From the NCBI GenBank assembly GCA_043228905.1, contig JBHGNT010000006.1, positions 17,794,001 to 17,858,000 of the forward strand: a stretch of 64,000 bases of DNA. Direction: 5' to 3'. Source of the DNA: Azolla caroliniana (Eukaryota > Plantae > Polypodiophyta). The notes under the pieces were generated by a model. It saw nothing but the letters and a program-made list of their open reading frames with translations. It did not search any database and was not told the origin of the DNA. The number at the start of each line of letters is the position of its first letter. Within the stretch, counting starts at the first letter, position 1. This document shows positions 37,119-50,779 of the stretch, in pieces. Made by a program: the position numbers and the translations under genes.

Positions 37119-39469
37119 AGGGGGAGTTTGTTGGGAAACAGGTCCCTCCGGATGGGAAGGAAGAAGATCAGTGACGATGAACAAACACGGTGAAGACTAG
37201 ATGAGGAGTACCCGGCTACGGAGAGCCGGATGGTGCAGGCCCGGTATGAACCGGATGAGGAGTACTTGGCTACGGAGAGCCGGATGGTGCAGGCCCGGTA
37301 CGAACCGGACGAAGAGACATATTCGTAAATATGTTTCTAAGAGCCCATTGGGGCTATATTTGTAAATAGCCGAAAAGTCATATTAGTATAAATATGACTT
37401 AGGGCAAACTAATATTATGTTGTTGTCATTTTCTTGTTGGTGCAAGAAGAAGAGAGAGCGCGTAACTGTACAAAGAGAGAGAGAGAGAGAACGAGGTCGT
37501 TGCCTCTGTTGTAACCGCCGCCTGTGGCGAAGATCGTGAGTCCGAGGTCGTTGCCTCCGTGTACTCACTGTTTTGTACATTCATACATAGTGACAGTTTG
37601 CAGCCTGTGGGCTACCGTGGTTTTTCCCCTAGTTTGGGATTTTCCACGTTAACCTCCTGTGTACCATTTCTCTTCTTTGTGTAGTGTTCTATTTCCCGTT
37701 TTCTGTGTATGAAAAGAATCTCGGTTGTGGCCGAGTCTTGCGCATAAGGAACGTCCAGTTCTCGTCAGTAAGCTATAGACTCTCAACTTGGAGGTACAAG
37801 GTTCAAATCCACACTTGCACTCCTTGTGTGTGTGTATATATATATATATCTATCCGGTCGCCGGATGCCGGATGCCGAATGCCGAATGCCGGATGATGCC
37901 GGTTACCATCGGTCGCCGGATGCCGGATGCCGAATGCCGAATGCCGGATGATGCCGGTTACCATCGGTCGCCGGATCGTCAGATGTCGTCGGCTCCGCGA
38001 CCAGTTGACGCCTCCGTCACCGGATCCGCCGCCGACCTGCCGGTTCCGGATTGCTTACAGACCGGTTCCGGTTTGGTTTCCAGTTTATCGACCGATTCCG
38101 AATTGATTTCCTGCGGATTCCGGTTTCATTACCGACCGGTTCCATTTTATTGCCAGTCGGTTTTTGGGAATTTAGCCACATTCATCCATCTAGACAAAGT
38201 GGCCAAAGTGCTCTTAGCACAAAATGAGAAATAAGGGATCTTAATGTGCTTATATAGCCAGGGCCTTAACTTTCCTATCTATGTGGGATATTTCACATTT
38301 TTCTTTTTTTTTTTCTTTTGCAAAACTTCATACCCACATAAGTTGACACTTAGATGTTCGTTTCCTATGTAGTAAAGTGCATCCGAAAGCTCTTCAAGAC
38401 CTTCATCCTTTTATAGTTTTATGTGATTTTCACACCATTGCCGAAAATCTTCACGACAACGCTCTTGAATGAAGTGGTAGTGCACTTCGATATGCTTTGT
38501 GCATGCGTGGAACACCGGGTTTGGAGCTAGATATATACTACTCATGTTGTCGTAGTAAATGGGAGTTGGATCCTTGATGGGAACACCCAGGTCCTTCAAA
38601 ATCCTCTTGAGCCATACGACTTCACATGCAACTACGACTACACCCCTGTATTCAGCCTTCGTACTCGAAAGTGTGACGGTAGGTTGCTTCTTACTACTCC
38701 AAGATATTGCTCCGCTACCGAGCAAGAAGACAAATCCAGAGGTTGATCGTCGATCAACTTTGTATCCGGCCTAGTCGGCATCCGTGTACCGTTCGAGTCG
38801 AATTGGTGTGGCCGATGCGTAGAGGACGCCATAATCCATTATGCCACTCACGTATCGTAATACTCACTTAGCGTAATTGAAATGGATATTTCGCAGAGTT
38901 TGCATGAATTGGCTAAGGAGGGTGACCGGATAGTTGAGGTCGAGTCGTGTGATCGTGAGATAGATGAGGCTCCTGATTAGTTGTCAATATTGAGTCGGCT
39001 CGCACTTATCTGTGCCAAAGTCGACATCCAGTGAGGTTTCGATGTAGAGGGGTTGCCACATATTTGCACTCTGTCATCCCGAACTTGTATAATAAGTTGA
39101 GAATGTAGTGTCGTTGAGAGATCATAATGCCAGTCGGAATCTGAATTACTTCGATGCTTAGGAAGTAATGAAGTTCCTTCATGTCCGTCATCTCGAATTT
39201 GTTGGAGAGGAGGGATTTCACCTTGTTGATGTCAACTAAACTTTCTCCTCCAATAACCAGATCATCCACGTATAGGATAATGACAATCGAGCTTCTAGAG
39301 TTGTTCCGTATGTAGAGGGAGTTATCGGATTTCGACATTTGAAAGCCGATTTGATGAAGATATTGGGTAATCTTTGAATGCCAAGCACGCGGTGCTTGCT
39401 TGAGGCTGTAGAGTGGCTTCTTGAGTCGGCACACGGCTTTCGGATGAGTACGCGATTTGAAGCCGGGTG

Positions 39470-42400
39470 TGTTGGGAAATCGGTTCCTCCGGATGGGATC
39501 CGATTATGAATGAAGAGGACCCGATGAGAAATGGAAGAGAAGACATATTTGTAAATATGTTTTGAGTAAGCCTATTGAGGCTATATTTGTAAATAACCCT
39601 AAGTTCATATAAGGATAAATATGACTTAGGGCAATCACTCTAAAAGAGTTGGTGTGGTTGTTATATTGTTGTATAGAGTGAGAGTAGATATAGAGTGATA
39701 CTCTGTTGTAACCGCCGGTTGGCGAAGATACAGAGCTCGAGGTCATTGCCTCCAAGTCTCTGATTATACCTTTCTCATATAGTCATATCTTGGAGTCTGT
39801 GGGCTCCCGTGGTTTTTCCCCATTAGGGTTTTCCACGTAAACACTCTATGTACTCTCTATTGTTTGTGTGTGCATGTGCATTCACTCTCTACTTCACATT
39901 CCTGTGTTTCATTCTTATTGAAGTGATTCAAGACTCGGGTGTGGCCAAGCAATATTCCGCGCTATTCTTCACAAATTGGTATCAGAGTGAACAACATAGG
40001 AAAAGGAAGAATCATTCGGGGGCATGTTCAAGCTCACCGGCTCCAACTACTCAGTGTGGAAGTCGAAGATGAGGGATATGTTGGTGGTTAAAGATCTTTG
40101 GTTGTTGGTTCGATTCGGGGACAAAAGTCCGGATAAGATTGATGCCACAGTGTGGGAGGTGATGCACATGAAGATGACGGCATACATCTAGTGCTTCATC
40201 GACATGGGCCTGTACAACAACTTCAATGAAGAGAGCAAGGCGCATGAACTCTCGGTATTCCGGAAGCTAGTGAGGCTCCGGTACCAGGACGACTCCAGTA
40301 TGGCCGAGCACATGAATGCCTTCTTGGGGCTGATACATCAAGCCACCTCATTGGAAGTACCTCTCGCCGATGAGGTACTCACATTACTCCTGCTCGGTTC
40401 CCTCCTATAAAGTTGGGAGATGCTAGTTCTCACGTTGGGCAACGCCAAGCTGGAAGGAAAGCAATTGTCCCTAACAAGGGTAAAATCAAGCTTGGTAGAT
40501 GAAGAAGCTTGTCGGAAGGACCGGAAGTTCGGAACCGATCCGAAGGCCTTGGTCACGGAAGATGACCACAACCGGGGAAGAGGCTAGTATCGGAGTCCCC
40601 AAAATCGGGACAAATCGGGGATGAGGTTGAAGTCAAGGGGGAGGCCTACTTGCTTCTATTGTGGGAAGCCGGGCCACTTCCAGAAGAACTGTCGGCATTT
40701 CCGGAAAGAGAAAGAAATCGGCAGTACTGATTCGAAGAAGAGTTCGGACCGAAACGGTTAGGACCGGAGAGGCCCGGATCGGAAAGGAATGTCGGCGATC
40801 GCAACAAGTGAAGAGGAACTGATGCTCATTATCGAGGAGAATGAGTTAAACCTTGCCGGCGACGAGACAACGTGGGTTGTCGATTCCGGAACGTCGTTGC
40901 ACCTAACACCGGACCAGAGATGCTTCTCCTCCTACACAGTCGAAGATCATGGTTGTGTCCGGATGGGGAAGGAAGGGACCTGCCGAATTGTCGGCATAGG
41001 AGATGTGTTGTTGACAACATCAACCGGATGCAAGTTGCTGCTGAAGGATGTCTGACACGTTCCGAAGGTTCGACTGAACTTGATATCAGCCAATCGGCTA
41101 GATGATGAAGGCTACGCGGGTAGCATCCGGAACGGAGTTATGAGGTTCAATAAAGGGAGCCTAATAGTGGCTCGAGCCCGGAAGGTCAACACACTAGCCG
41201 GATATGCCGGGAAGAATTGAACGTAGCATCCGACACTGCCGGTGAGTTGTGGCACAAGAGGTTGTGTCACATGAGTCAAAAGGGGATGAAGAGAGTTACC
41301 GAAGACAATCTCATTACGGTGATGGACGTGCAACTTGAGAAGTGCACCGATTGCCTAGCCGGCAAGCAAAACCGAACCTCCTTCCGGTCAAGACCACCGA
41401 TGAGACGGAATGCATCACTGGAGTTGGTACATACCGATGTGTGTCAAGTGGACACGAAGTCACATGCTGGATCACAGTACTTTGTGACGTTCATAGATGA
41501 ACACAACTGGAAGTTGTGGGTCTCATTGTTGAAGACGAAGGATCAGGTGCTATCCGTCTTCAAGGAACTCCATGCGAGAGTGGAAAGAGAAATCGGTCAG
41601 AAGTTGAAGGCGGTTCGAGCAGATAACGGAGGAGAATACCGGGGGCAGTTCGAGGAGTATTGCTGGTCGAAGGGAATCCGGCTCGAATTCACCGTGCCAA
41701 AGACGCCGGAATTGAACGGGTTGGCCGAACGGATGAACCGTATCGTGATGGAGAGAGTCTGGAGCATGCTAGCACATGCAAAGTTACCCAAGACGTTTTG
41801 GGCTGAGGCGCTGATGACGACGACCTATGTGACAAACAGATCACCCTCAGTACCCTTGGACGGAGACTCACCGCAGAAAGTTTGGACTGGTAAGGACGTA
41901 TCCTAACGACATCTAAAGGTACTCAGATGTCTTGCTTACGTGCATGCGGCGAAGGACAAGAGATCAAAGCTGGATCTGAAGTCTCGGCCATGCATATTCC
42001 TTGGATACGACGACGATGAGTTCGGTTACCAGGTGTGGGATCTGGTCAACAAGAATGTGTTCCGGAGTCGGGACATAGTCTTCATGGAAGATAGGACCAT
42101 TGCCGACTTGGAGTTAGAGAAGAAGGTGATGAACTCTAGATCATCCAATGAAAACCAGCTTTAGGACACAAGGACTTACCTGGTTGAAAACCGGATGTTA
42201 GCTGGTAACCGGATGACACTCGATGAACCGTCCAGATACGGACAAGAAACCGAACCGACCAAAGAAGAAGAAGAAGAAGAAGAAGAAGAAGAAAACACCG
42301 GATACAGACAAGATCCCGAATCGGATTCTGATGAGGAACAAACAGAGGAACCTGTAGTCAGAAACCAGGGGCGGAGATATCCTCTCCGAGAGAGAAGAGC

Positions 42401-45088
42401 CCCCTGAAGATTTCCGGATGCAGAGCATGTGTTGCTAACCGATGAGGGGGAGCCGGAAAGCTTCGAAGAAGCAAAGAGAGACACCCACAACGGCAAGTGG
42501 TTGAGTGCCATGTAGGATGAGATGGATTCCCTGCATGAGAACCACACGTATGAATTGACGAAATTGCCGAAAGGAAAGAGGGCACTTCGGAACAAGTGGG
42601 TGTACAAGCTGAAACTGGGAGACGCCGGAAATCCAGCTCGCTACAAAGCCCGGATCGTGGTGAAGGGCTTCCAACAGAAGAAAGGAGTGGACTTCGAGGA
42701 GATCTTTGCCTCAGTAGTAAAGATGACATCAATCCGGACGGTATTGAGCATAGCGGCAAGCATGGACCTCGAGGTAGAGCAACTAGATGTCAAGACGGCA
42801 TTCCTACATGACGACCTCGAAGAAGAGATCTTCATGCATCAACCGGAAGGATTTGAGAAGAAAGGGAAGGAGCACTTGGTGTGCTGGCTGAAGAAGAGCT
42901 TATACGGATTGAAGCAAGCCCGTCGGCAATGGTACCGGAAGTTCGACTCTTTTATGACCGACCAAGGGTACCACAAGACACAGGCCGATCACTGCGTGTT
43001 TGTGAAGAAATTTGACGGAGGATATTTCCTTATACTCCTGCTATATGTGGATGATATGCTAATCGTCGGACGAGACCAAGGCAAGATTCAGATGCTGAAG
43101 AAGGCTCTCAACCGGACCTTCTCAATGAAAGACTTGGGTCCGGCAAGACAAATATTGGGAATGCACATCATCTGGGACCGATCGAAGAAGCTGTTGTGGT
43201 TGTCACAGGAGAAGTACGTGACAAAGGTGCTTCAACGGTTCAACATTGTCGGAGGCGAAACCGGACAGATCGACACTTCTGGCAAACTGCAAGCTATTCG
43301 ACAAACAAAGCCCGAGGACAAAGGCGGAGAAGATGGATATGATGAAGATACCATATGCCTCTACCGTCGGGAGCTTAATGTACGCGATGGTATGTACCTG
43401 GCCGGATATCGGATATGCAGTCAGAGTGGTGAGTCGGTTCATGAGCAATCTCAGAAGAGAGCATTGGAACGTGGTCAAGTGGATACTCCGGTATTTGAAA
43501 GCCACCTCGAGTATGTGCCTCTGGTTCAGCTCCGGAAAACCCCAACTCGATGGTTTCACGGATTCGGATATGTCAGTTGATGCAAATACCAGCCGATCTA
43601 CATCCGGATATGTCATGACTTATGCAGGGGGAGCTATTTCGTGGCAGTCGAGGCTGCAGAAGACGGTTGCATTGTCAACCATAGAGGCAGAGTACATGGT
43701 AGCTGTGGAAGCCGACAAGGAGATAATTTGGATGAAGGACTTCATCGGAGAGCTAGGGATCCAACATGAGGAATACCGACTCTACTGCGACAGTCAAAGT
43801 GCTATCCGCCTTGCAAAGAACACAACCTACCATTCCCGGACGAAACATATCCAACGGAGGTACCATTTGATCCGGGAAAGAGTAGAAGATCGAGAGTTCG
43901 TGCTAACCAAGATCCACACGGAGGAGAATGGGTCCGATATGCTAAACAAGGTGTTGACAACCGACAAGTTGGACGCGTGCCGAAAGCGGATTAGGCTTGC
44001 GAGACATCCCATGCCGGAGTGAAGGGGGAGATTGTTGGGTAAATCGGTCCCTCCGGATAGGATCCGGTTATGATTGAAGAGGACCCGATGAGAACCGGAA
44101 GAGATCTGGAAACTGGATCGGATGGACTTGGTGAGAACCGGAAGAGAAGACATATTTGTAAATATGTTTTGAGTAAGCCTATTGAGGCTATATTTGTAAA
44201 TAGCCCTAAGTTCATATAAGTATAAATATGACTTAGGGCAATCACTCTAAAAGAGTTGGTGTGGTTGTTATATTGTTGTATAGAGTGAGAGTAGATATAC
44301 AGTGATACTTTGTTGTAACTGCCGGTTGGCGAAGATACAGAGCTCGAGGTCGTTGTGTTGTTCGGCCGACAATCGACTCTATCGCCGACACACAGCAAAG
44401 TTCGAAGGTTTTGTACTGAACGTCCTATCAAAGAATTGTGCTTGTGTGAATAGATACTGAGTTACTGTAATCTTATCGATGTTACACAGACATCGAGATT
44501 GTTACTTACGTAATACAGTTGTAACAAGGTGGAAATAGATAAACAAAAAATAAACAGTTGCACACCGAGATTTCCTACAACTAAACTTATATTACTAAAC
44601 GTAAAATGATAAATTTTACAATGCCTTCGGTTCCTTTTTATAGGCAACTTGAATGACTTCCTCATCAAGAATTACATATTGCCTATCGGCAAGAACTACA
44701 AAACTTTGTAACTAACTATAATTTTCGGTATTAACTATTATTTAGCAAAAATGATGACTCATCGATCCTCTTCCTCGATCTAACTTTGACTTCGACTCCA
44801 ACGCTTTCGACTACGACGCTTCCCCACTATGTCCGTCCGCCCCTTTGTCCGGGTAACACGTTGCCTTTGAGTCTCTGATTGTACCTTTCTCATATAGTGA
44901 TATCTTGGAGTTTGTGGGCTCCCGTGGTTTTTCCCCATTAGGGTTTTCCACGTAAACACTCTATGTACTCTCTATTGTTTGTGTGTGTACGTGCATTCAC
45001 TCTCTACTTCCCATCCCTGTGTTTCATTCTTATTGAAGTGATTCAAGAATCGGGTGTGACCGAGCAATATTCCACGCTATTCTTCATA
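39470..45088 (+). mobile_element. Copia D (relative of Copia C), full length but decayed (LTRs 39470-39973 and 44033-45088)
   Basis: Perfect TSD GGGTG, PBS at 39977, PPT GAAGGGGGAG at 44021. Gag-pol has stops and frameshifts. Confidence 0.94.
44356..44858 (-). repeat. Solo LTR (probably Gypsy) inside the 3' LTR of Copia D
   Basis: TG...CA termini, perfect 5-bp TSD CGTTG, absent from the 5' LTR. The minus-strand start TGTTACCCGG resembles the LTR at 8309. Confidence 0.85.
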
Positions 45089-48000
45089 GGGTGGTTGTAC
45101 CATGTATACCTCCTCTTCTAATTTGCCTTGAAGAAAGGCCTTCTTTACGTCCATCTGATGGAGGTGCCACCCTTTCGCCGCTGCGAGTGCAATTACGGTC
45201 CACATAGTCGTCATCTTTGCCACAAGGGGCAAATGTCTCTTCGTAGTCGACTCCATGTGTTTGTGTGTATCCTTTCGCTACGAGTCGAGCTTTGTAGTAG
45301 TTTACGGAGCCGTCAGCGTTATACTTCACCTTGTAGATCCATCTACAACCGATCGCCTTCTTGTGCGGTGAGTGGGGAACGAGATCCCATGTTTCGTTCT
45401 TGCAAAGTGCCTGCATCTCCTTGTTCATTTCTTCGACCCAATGCGGGTCCTTCACGGCTTCGGAAAAGGTTTCCAGCTCCCGTACTGTTGCTACCTTCAT
45501 CATAAAGGCATAATAGTACACCATATAATCATTGTAGTCGAATCGGCTTACGGGGTTCTTTTCACGGGTGGATCGGCGGAGCTTTTCATTTGCGGATACT
45601 AAGGCTTTCTTCGCTCCATTTTTCCGGATGTCAAGGCCTTCAAACTCACTATCGAGGGAGTGAGTCGATTCATTGACATCGAAGTGACCATCTTCATACT
45701 CCAGCATTTTCGCCTTCCCTTTGTCCAACTTCGGACTTGGTCAAGATGTGCTTTGATCGCTCGGAGACTCTTGTGGCCCACTAAGCCTTGTTGTAATCGG
45801 GCTTTTTTCGAACATGCGCGTGAACCGATTTTCGACTTCTATCTCTATTTTGGCGGATTCCGGGTCGAGCGGAATCGGAGTCGAAGTTGTCTCTGGTGTG
45901 TACCAAGATGCAGACTCGTTGAAAACGACGTCTCGACTTACTCGACCCTTCCGAGTATAAGGGTTATAACACTTGTACCCCTTTTGCTCTAGTGAGTATC
46001 CTACTAGGGTACATTTCTTCGACTTCGGTTGTCGCTTCTCATCGGGGATGTGCACGTATGCAATGGAACTGAATATCCGAACATGTGATAGATCCGACTT
46101 CTTCCCGAAAAACTTCTCGTACGGAGTAAGTTTGTGCACACGCGATACCGTACACCGATTCATGAGGTATATGGCCGTGTTAGCCGCTTCTGCCTAGTAC
46201 GCTTTTGGTAGGTGCTTTTCGTTCATCATGGCACGTGTTACTTCGAGGATGTGCCGATTCTTTCATTCAGCAACTCTATTTTGTTGTGGCGTATCTCGAC
46301 ACAAAAACTCTCGCTGAATTCCTTCTTTCCGTAGAAAAGCCGAAAATTCGTCGGAGAAGTACTCCTTGCCTCCATCTGACCGAAGACATCGTACATGTTG
46401 GCTTGTGGCTTTCTCGACTTCATTCTTAAATTTTTGGAAGTGTTCGAACACTTTGCTCTTTTGCCGCATGGGGTAGATCCAGGTTTTCCTGGAGAAGTCG
46501 TCGATGAAGATCACATAGTATCGGCATCTGCCGAATGTAGCCGTCTGAGACGGAGCCCATACATCGGAATGAATTATGTCGAGTACGCCTTTGCTCATGT
46601 TCCGCTCCTTCGGAAATGGGTGCCGATGTTGCTTGCGGAATTGGCAAGTGGCACACACGCCTTCAATCTCTTTCTCCGTGAATGTTGGGAGCCTGATGAC
46701 GATTCCTTTTGATTGCATTGCCTTGAGCTTTTGGAGGTTGATATTGCCAATCCACTTGTGCCATAACTCTATGTCGGAATCGGCTTTCGTGCCCTTTGCG
46801 AACATGGCCGATTTCACGTCGTGCGAGTCGAGAATGAACGTTCGACCCTCTCTTCATTTGCGAGCGATGAGTCGACCCTCTTTTCGATGGAGCAACCACC
46901 TTGATTAAATTGTACTTGCATCCCTTGGTCAACAATTTGGTCGACGGAGACCAAATTCTTTGTAATGGTTGGTACATGCAAGAAATTTTTAATAAAAGTT
47001 TGGTCACCTTCTTTGCTGAATGGGACATTACCGATGTGTCAAATCGGATGCGTAGTGTCGTCTCCGGTTTTGACATAGCCCGGTGTTCAGTTCTTGAAGT
47101 TCTCGGAACCATTCTTGATGAGACGTCATATGGTTCGAGGCACCGGAGTCGACAAACCATACCTCTTTCGGACTAGATGCGCTATTCGAAGTAGAAGCTG
47201 ACATAGAATTTCCTCTATGTCTCATCACGAATATTCTGCCATGGTCGTCATAGTCAGAGTTGGTGGCATAATTGGTGAGTTGTCGGTTTGTGGAAGCTGA
47301 CTCGCGTATCTTCTTATGGCACTCTTCTTCATGGTGACCGATTTTTCCGCAATATCCGTATTCGATCGAGTTTTGTCAGCTCGGGTCGGAATGGAAGCTC
47401 CCCCTTCTGTCGAAGGTTCCTCGATGGCTTCCATCTTGATGCCAAAATTGCGAGTTGTTTTCGTAAGTTGGGTGTTGTCCTCCTCGTCCTTGGATGAATC
47501 GGCCTCTTCTTGCACGACCGTGTCCTCTTTCTTCGTCCGAGTGTGAGGAAAGCATGTGGCCTTCGGAGGCGTTGCTCTTTGTTAGAACATGGTTTGCTTC
47601 GACCAACAACATGGATTGAAGATCGAAGAAGGAGGGCGGATTCTCCCGTGTTAATACGACGGTTCTCATCATGCCGAACCGTAGTGCAAGGCCGTTGAGG
47701 CATATTTGCACCATCTCATCATCGTCCACATTGACGCTTATCGAGCTGAGTGAGTTGCAAGCTCCTTGATCTTCAAAGTGTAGCTTGTGATGGACATATC
47801 CCTTTGTTGGATGTTGTTCAACTCCTGGCGGAGTTGAAGCTTTCTCGCGGTTGTGTTGGTGGCAAAAATCTTTCGTAGATTCTCCCACGCTTCCTTTGGC
47901 GTCTCAGCTTCTTGAATGTACTCGAGCATGTGGTTGTGAACACATGTCGCCAAGAAATACATCACTCGGCTTGCCGCTTGTTGCCACGTTGCATAGTCGG

Positions 48001-48815
48001 TGTCTTTCGGGTCGGGTTGGTTTTCTTGTGCTCCCTTGATGTAACCCCAATAGCCTTGGCCGACAAGGTATTGGTGCATCTTGTACTCCCAAGATGCGAA
48101 GTTGTTTCAGTCCAACTTCCCACTAGGGAGAGCGCTCCCCATTTGAGTATTCATTGTCGATTAAGCTTCCTTTCTTCTTTTCCTTCTCTCTCGAACACGA
48201 GCTATGTAGTGGTACTACGATAACGATGAGCCGATTCTTCTTGAACGTTGGCGTAGAGCACAACACAAGATCACAATGAGGTGAGTGGGCTAGATCGAGC
48301 TACCAAATCACTCTGATACCATGCAAAGAATCGATGGTGATTCTTGTGCAGCGGAATAGATGTGCATTATGTGCGTATATGTGTGAGAGAAAAAGAGAGG
48401 AAAGAAAAGAGAACTCAAGATAGATAAATGAGAGGAAAATAGAATACTCAAGAAGAAGGTGTATATTTCACAAGTAGAATGAGATTTACAAAATGTAGCA
48501 TAACAAGGAGTCACAACCGACTTAGTATGAAGTGTGAGGAGGGTGCTTTATATATAGTCACCCTCTCTCTTCATTAACTAACTACACCAACCACACTCTC
48601 TCTTGGGGAATGTGAAGACTCATAGTCATGGGGGATATGTAACTCATTAGTTATGTGTAATAGAATATGATTCTATGACACATAGTTAATAATAGATTCT
48701 ATGTAGAGAGTGGTGGTGTGACTCTTGACCTTTGAGTAATAAAAGATTCTCAAAAGATGTGTTCACACATTGCACTATGTTGAGCTTGATTCTCAACAAA
48801 TAAAATATTTACAAA

Positions 48816-50779
48816 TCATGTATCAGAACTATCACTTCCCAAAGCTATGTCTTCCCCTTCAGACCCATCCGATGAACTAGAAGAGCTTTGTGAGGTCTCA
48901 TCCTCATCATCACTAGCAATCAATGCATTGTCTTCATCCAATTGCAATCCAACGTCATTGTGATTATGATAAATACTCCTTGTTCGTCTCTTTGTTGCAT
49001 CGGGGGGCACATCTGGGATCTTCTCTTTTATTATCTTGATTGTGGTTTTCTTTGATGGCCTGTTTTGGTCAAGGAGAAGTCATACACTAGTATGTCTACA
49101 TTATCAAGTGTCAGAGTAGACGTGGTCGTGAAGAATTTCGGCCAGAGGCGGAAATCGGGAAACATTGGCTACATCGGCGGGGTGCAGCATGTGCGCTCAC
49201 CCTTGTACATTTAGTGTGAATAACGAGGGCGCCTTTATGGCGCCGAAGAGTAGACAAATCGGGATAGACGATCCCATGTAAGTCGGGATTTATGCCACAT
49301 TGTAACGCATCCCTCTCCTTGTTCTATAAAAGGAAGGGAACGCCCTTTGTGAAGGGGTTGCCCATTTTGCGTTAGAGGGTATACCGTTAGATTTAGGGTT
49401 AGTTACATTTCTTCTTCTTCTTCTTCTTCTTCTTCTTCTTCTCCCCCTTCGTGTTCGCTTAGGGTTGGCTTTAGCTCGTCTCCTGCGCAAGACCCCATTC
49501 AGCGCGACAAGCTCGTGAGCTCCCCGACCGGCGGCTTGGAAGCTGACGACTACTGTAACCTACCTTGGTCTGGCTCGAAGCCGGGAATGTATTCCTCCTT
49601 TTATATATATACATTTGCGTCTGTCTGTGTATATTGGAGTCTCTGTTGGTGTCGGGTGCTTCCCCTTTCCTGCGTTTCCTGTACATAAGGGCGTGAGTCG
49701 GGTCGGCCTGTGTGTGTGTGTGTGTGCGCGCGTGTGTCGGCGTCAAGTGCGCGCTCCCTCTCTTTCTCTCTCTCTCTCCCTTCGGTTGCTTCCGGTGTGC
49801 TTCTGGGAAACGGTGAAGTGCGACTTCCTACGCTCCGTCACTCCCTAGTCCAAGACCCTCGTGGTCCCGCCTTTCTCCACGCACGCGCGTAATAACGCGA
49901 CAACGTGCTCGGTAGATTTTTTCTTTTCCGCTTTCTGCTTGTGCCTCCAACATCCTTAACCATATCTAAAGAACACTTCCCAATAAATGCATATGGGGAA
50001 GAGGTATGATACCAATGAACCGCAATGGAAATAACTTGATTGCCTTGTTCATCCTTAATAATTTCGGTGATTTTACCAATCCAAAAGGGATGGCCCAACT
50101 CATCACCCCCAGCTAATGTTGCAGCCAACATACCAACTTGTAGCTCATGCAGATTGCCCTGCCATCTCACCCTTGCAACATGCGATATTCTTGGTCCCAC
50201 GTAAATATCTCTCTACCGTGGACGAACTAGATTATTCAGGTCAGGATTATCTAGTGATTGAACATTAGTCATGGTCACCATTGATGGGCCACCAATATTC
50301 CATTTGAATTTATTTTGGAGTGGCGAGTAACTGGCAAAGTGGTTAACTAAAATTGTACTCTTATGGTTAAAGAAGTTACCCCACCATTCAACATCCTGAT
50401 CACCAACATACTTCTCGGTGCACTCAATATTTTTTTGTTTCTCTTCAAGGCACCACATCCAATGTATCTTTTTCTCTTCAATCGAACTACTTGGAGCCAA
50501 TCTTTTATGGTTGTCATACGACATTTGTTCTACACCATGAATTGCCGCATCTAGAAAATGCAATAAGAGCCTACATATCTCTTGTGGCTCCTATTGTGAA
50601 CTTTGTGAACTAGATGAGTATTGTTTGGCATACAACAACGTCTGGTTGTGGCTTATAGAACTTTTTATGAGAAAGACGTGGTTAAAACTGATATTATTAA
50701 GTGGGGCAAGAACCCTACATAGAGTCCCATCACCATCCACATAGAAGCGTTTAAAATCATAAACTTCATTCAAATGTTG
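48816..50779 (-). pseudogene. Sola1/DUF7869-like transposase copy 2, C-terminal part with a beta-barrel (BAH/Tudor-like) domain and acidic tail
   Basis: Begins 'QHLNEVYDFKRF', matching the point where copy 1 ends. Continues 'HPFWIGKITEI...IAVHWYH', NLS-like 'RKRKRK', 'ILVYDFSLTKTG', stop at 48816. The frame is restored on removing 49124-49902. Confidence 0.7.
49124..49902 (+). repeat. Solo LTR with a 4-bp TSD
   Basis: (G/T)GTCGTGAAG...CGCGACA with perfect TSD ACGT (49120-49123 and 49903-49906). TATA CTATAAAAGG near 49324. Confidence 0.82.

Larger units (their letters stand above)
32401..37767 (+). mobile_element. Copia C (Tnt1/Tork-like), full length and comparatively young (LTRs 32401-33072 and 37129-37767)
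   Basis: Very similar LTRs, PBS TGGTATCAGAGC (33075-33086), PPT GAAGGGGGAG, TSD GCAAG/GTAAG. Confidence 0.96.
31891..38458 (-). repeat. Second copy of the Gypsy-type solo LTR (31891-32400 plus 37768-38458), split by Copia C
   Basis: Perfect 12-bp termini TGTCGTGAAGAT/ATCTTCACGACA and perfect 4-bp TSD ACGC. Removing it restores Copia E 'HFIQERVQ'. Collinear with 13129-14426. Confidence 0.9.
31144..48798 (-). mobile_element. Copia E, full length but decayed (5' LTR 48322-48798, 3' LTR 31144-31607); hosts two nested insertion stacks
   Basis: Paired LTRs, PBS (48311-48321, minus), PPT at 31608 and TSD AATAC/AATAA. Gag, PR and INT (45700-48140) and RT/RH (45094-45450, 38459-39469, 31700-31890) lie on the minus strand. 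Confidence 0.93.

Noticed and set aside
524-48223. Numerous 60-230 aa ORFs antisense to or overlapping gag/pol
   Set aside because: They are shadow frames of GC-rich TE coding sequence or microsatellite-derived, with no independent motifs.
49390-49470. Interstitial telomere (TTAGGGTT motifs)
   Set aside because: Only isolated motifs inside an LTR leader, not an array.
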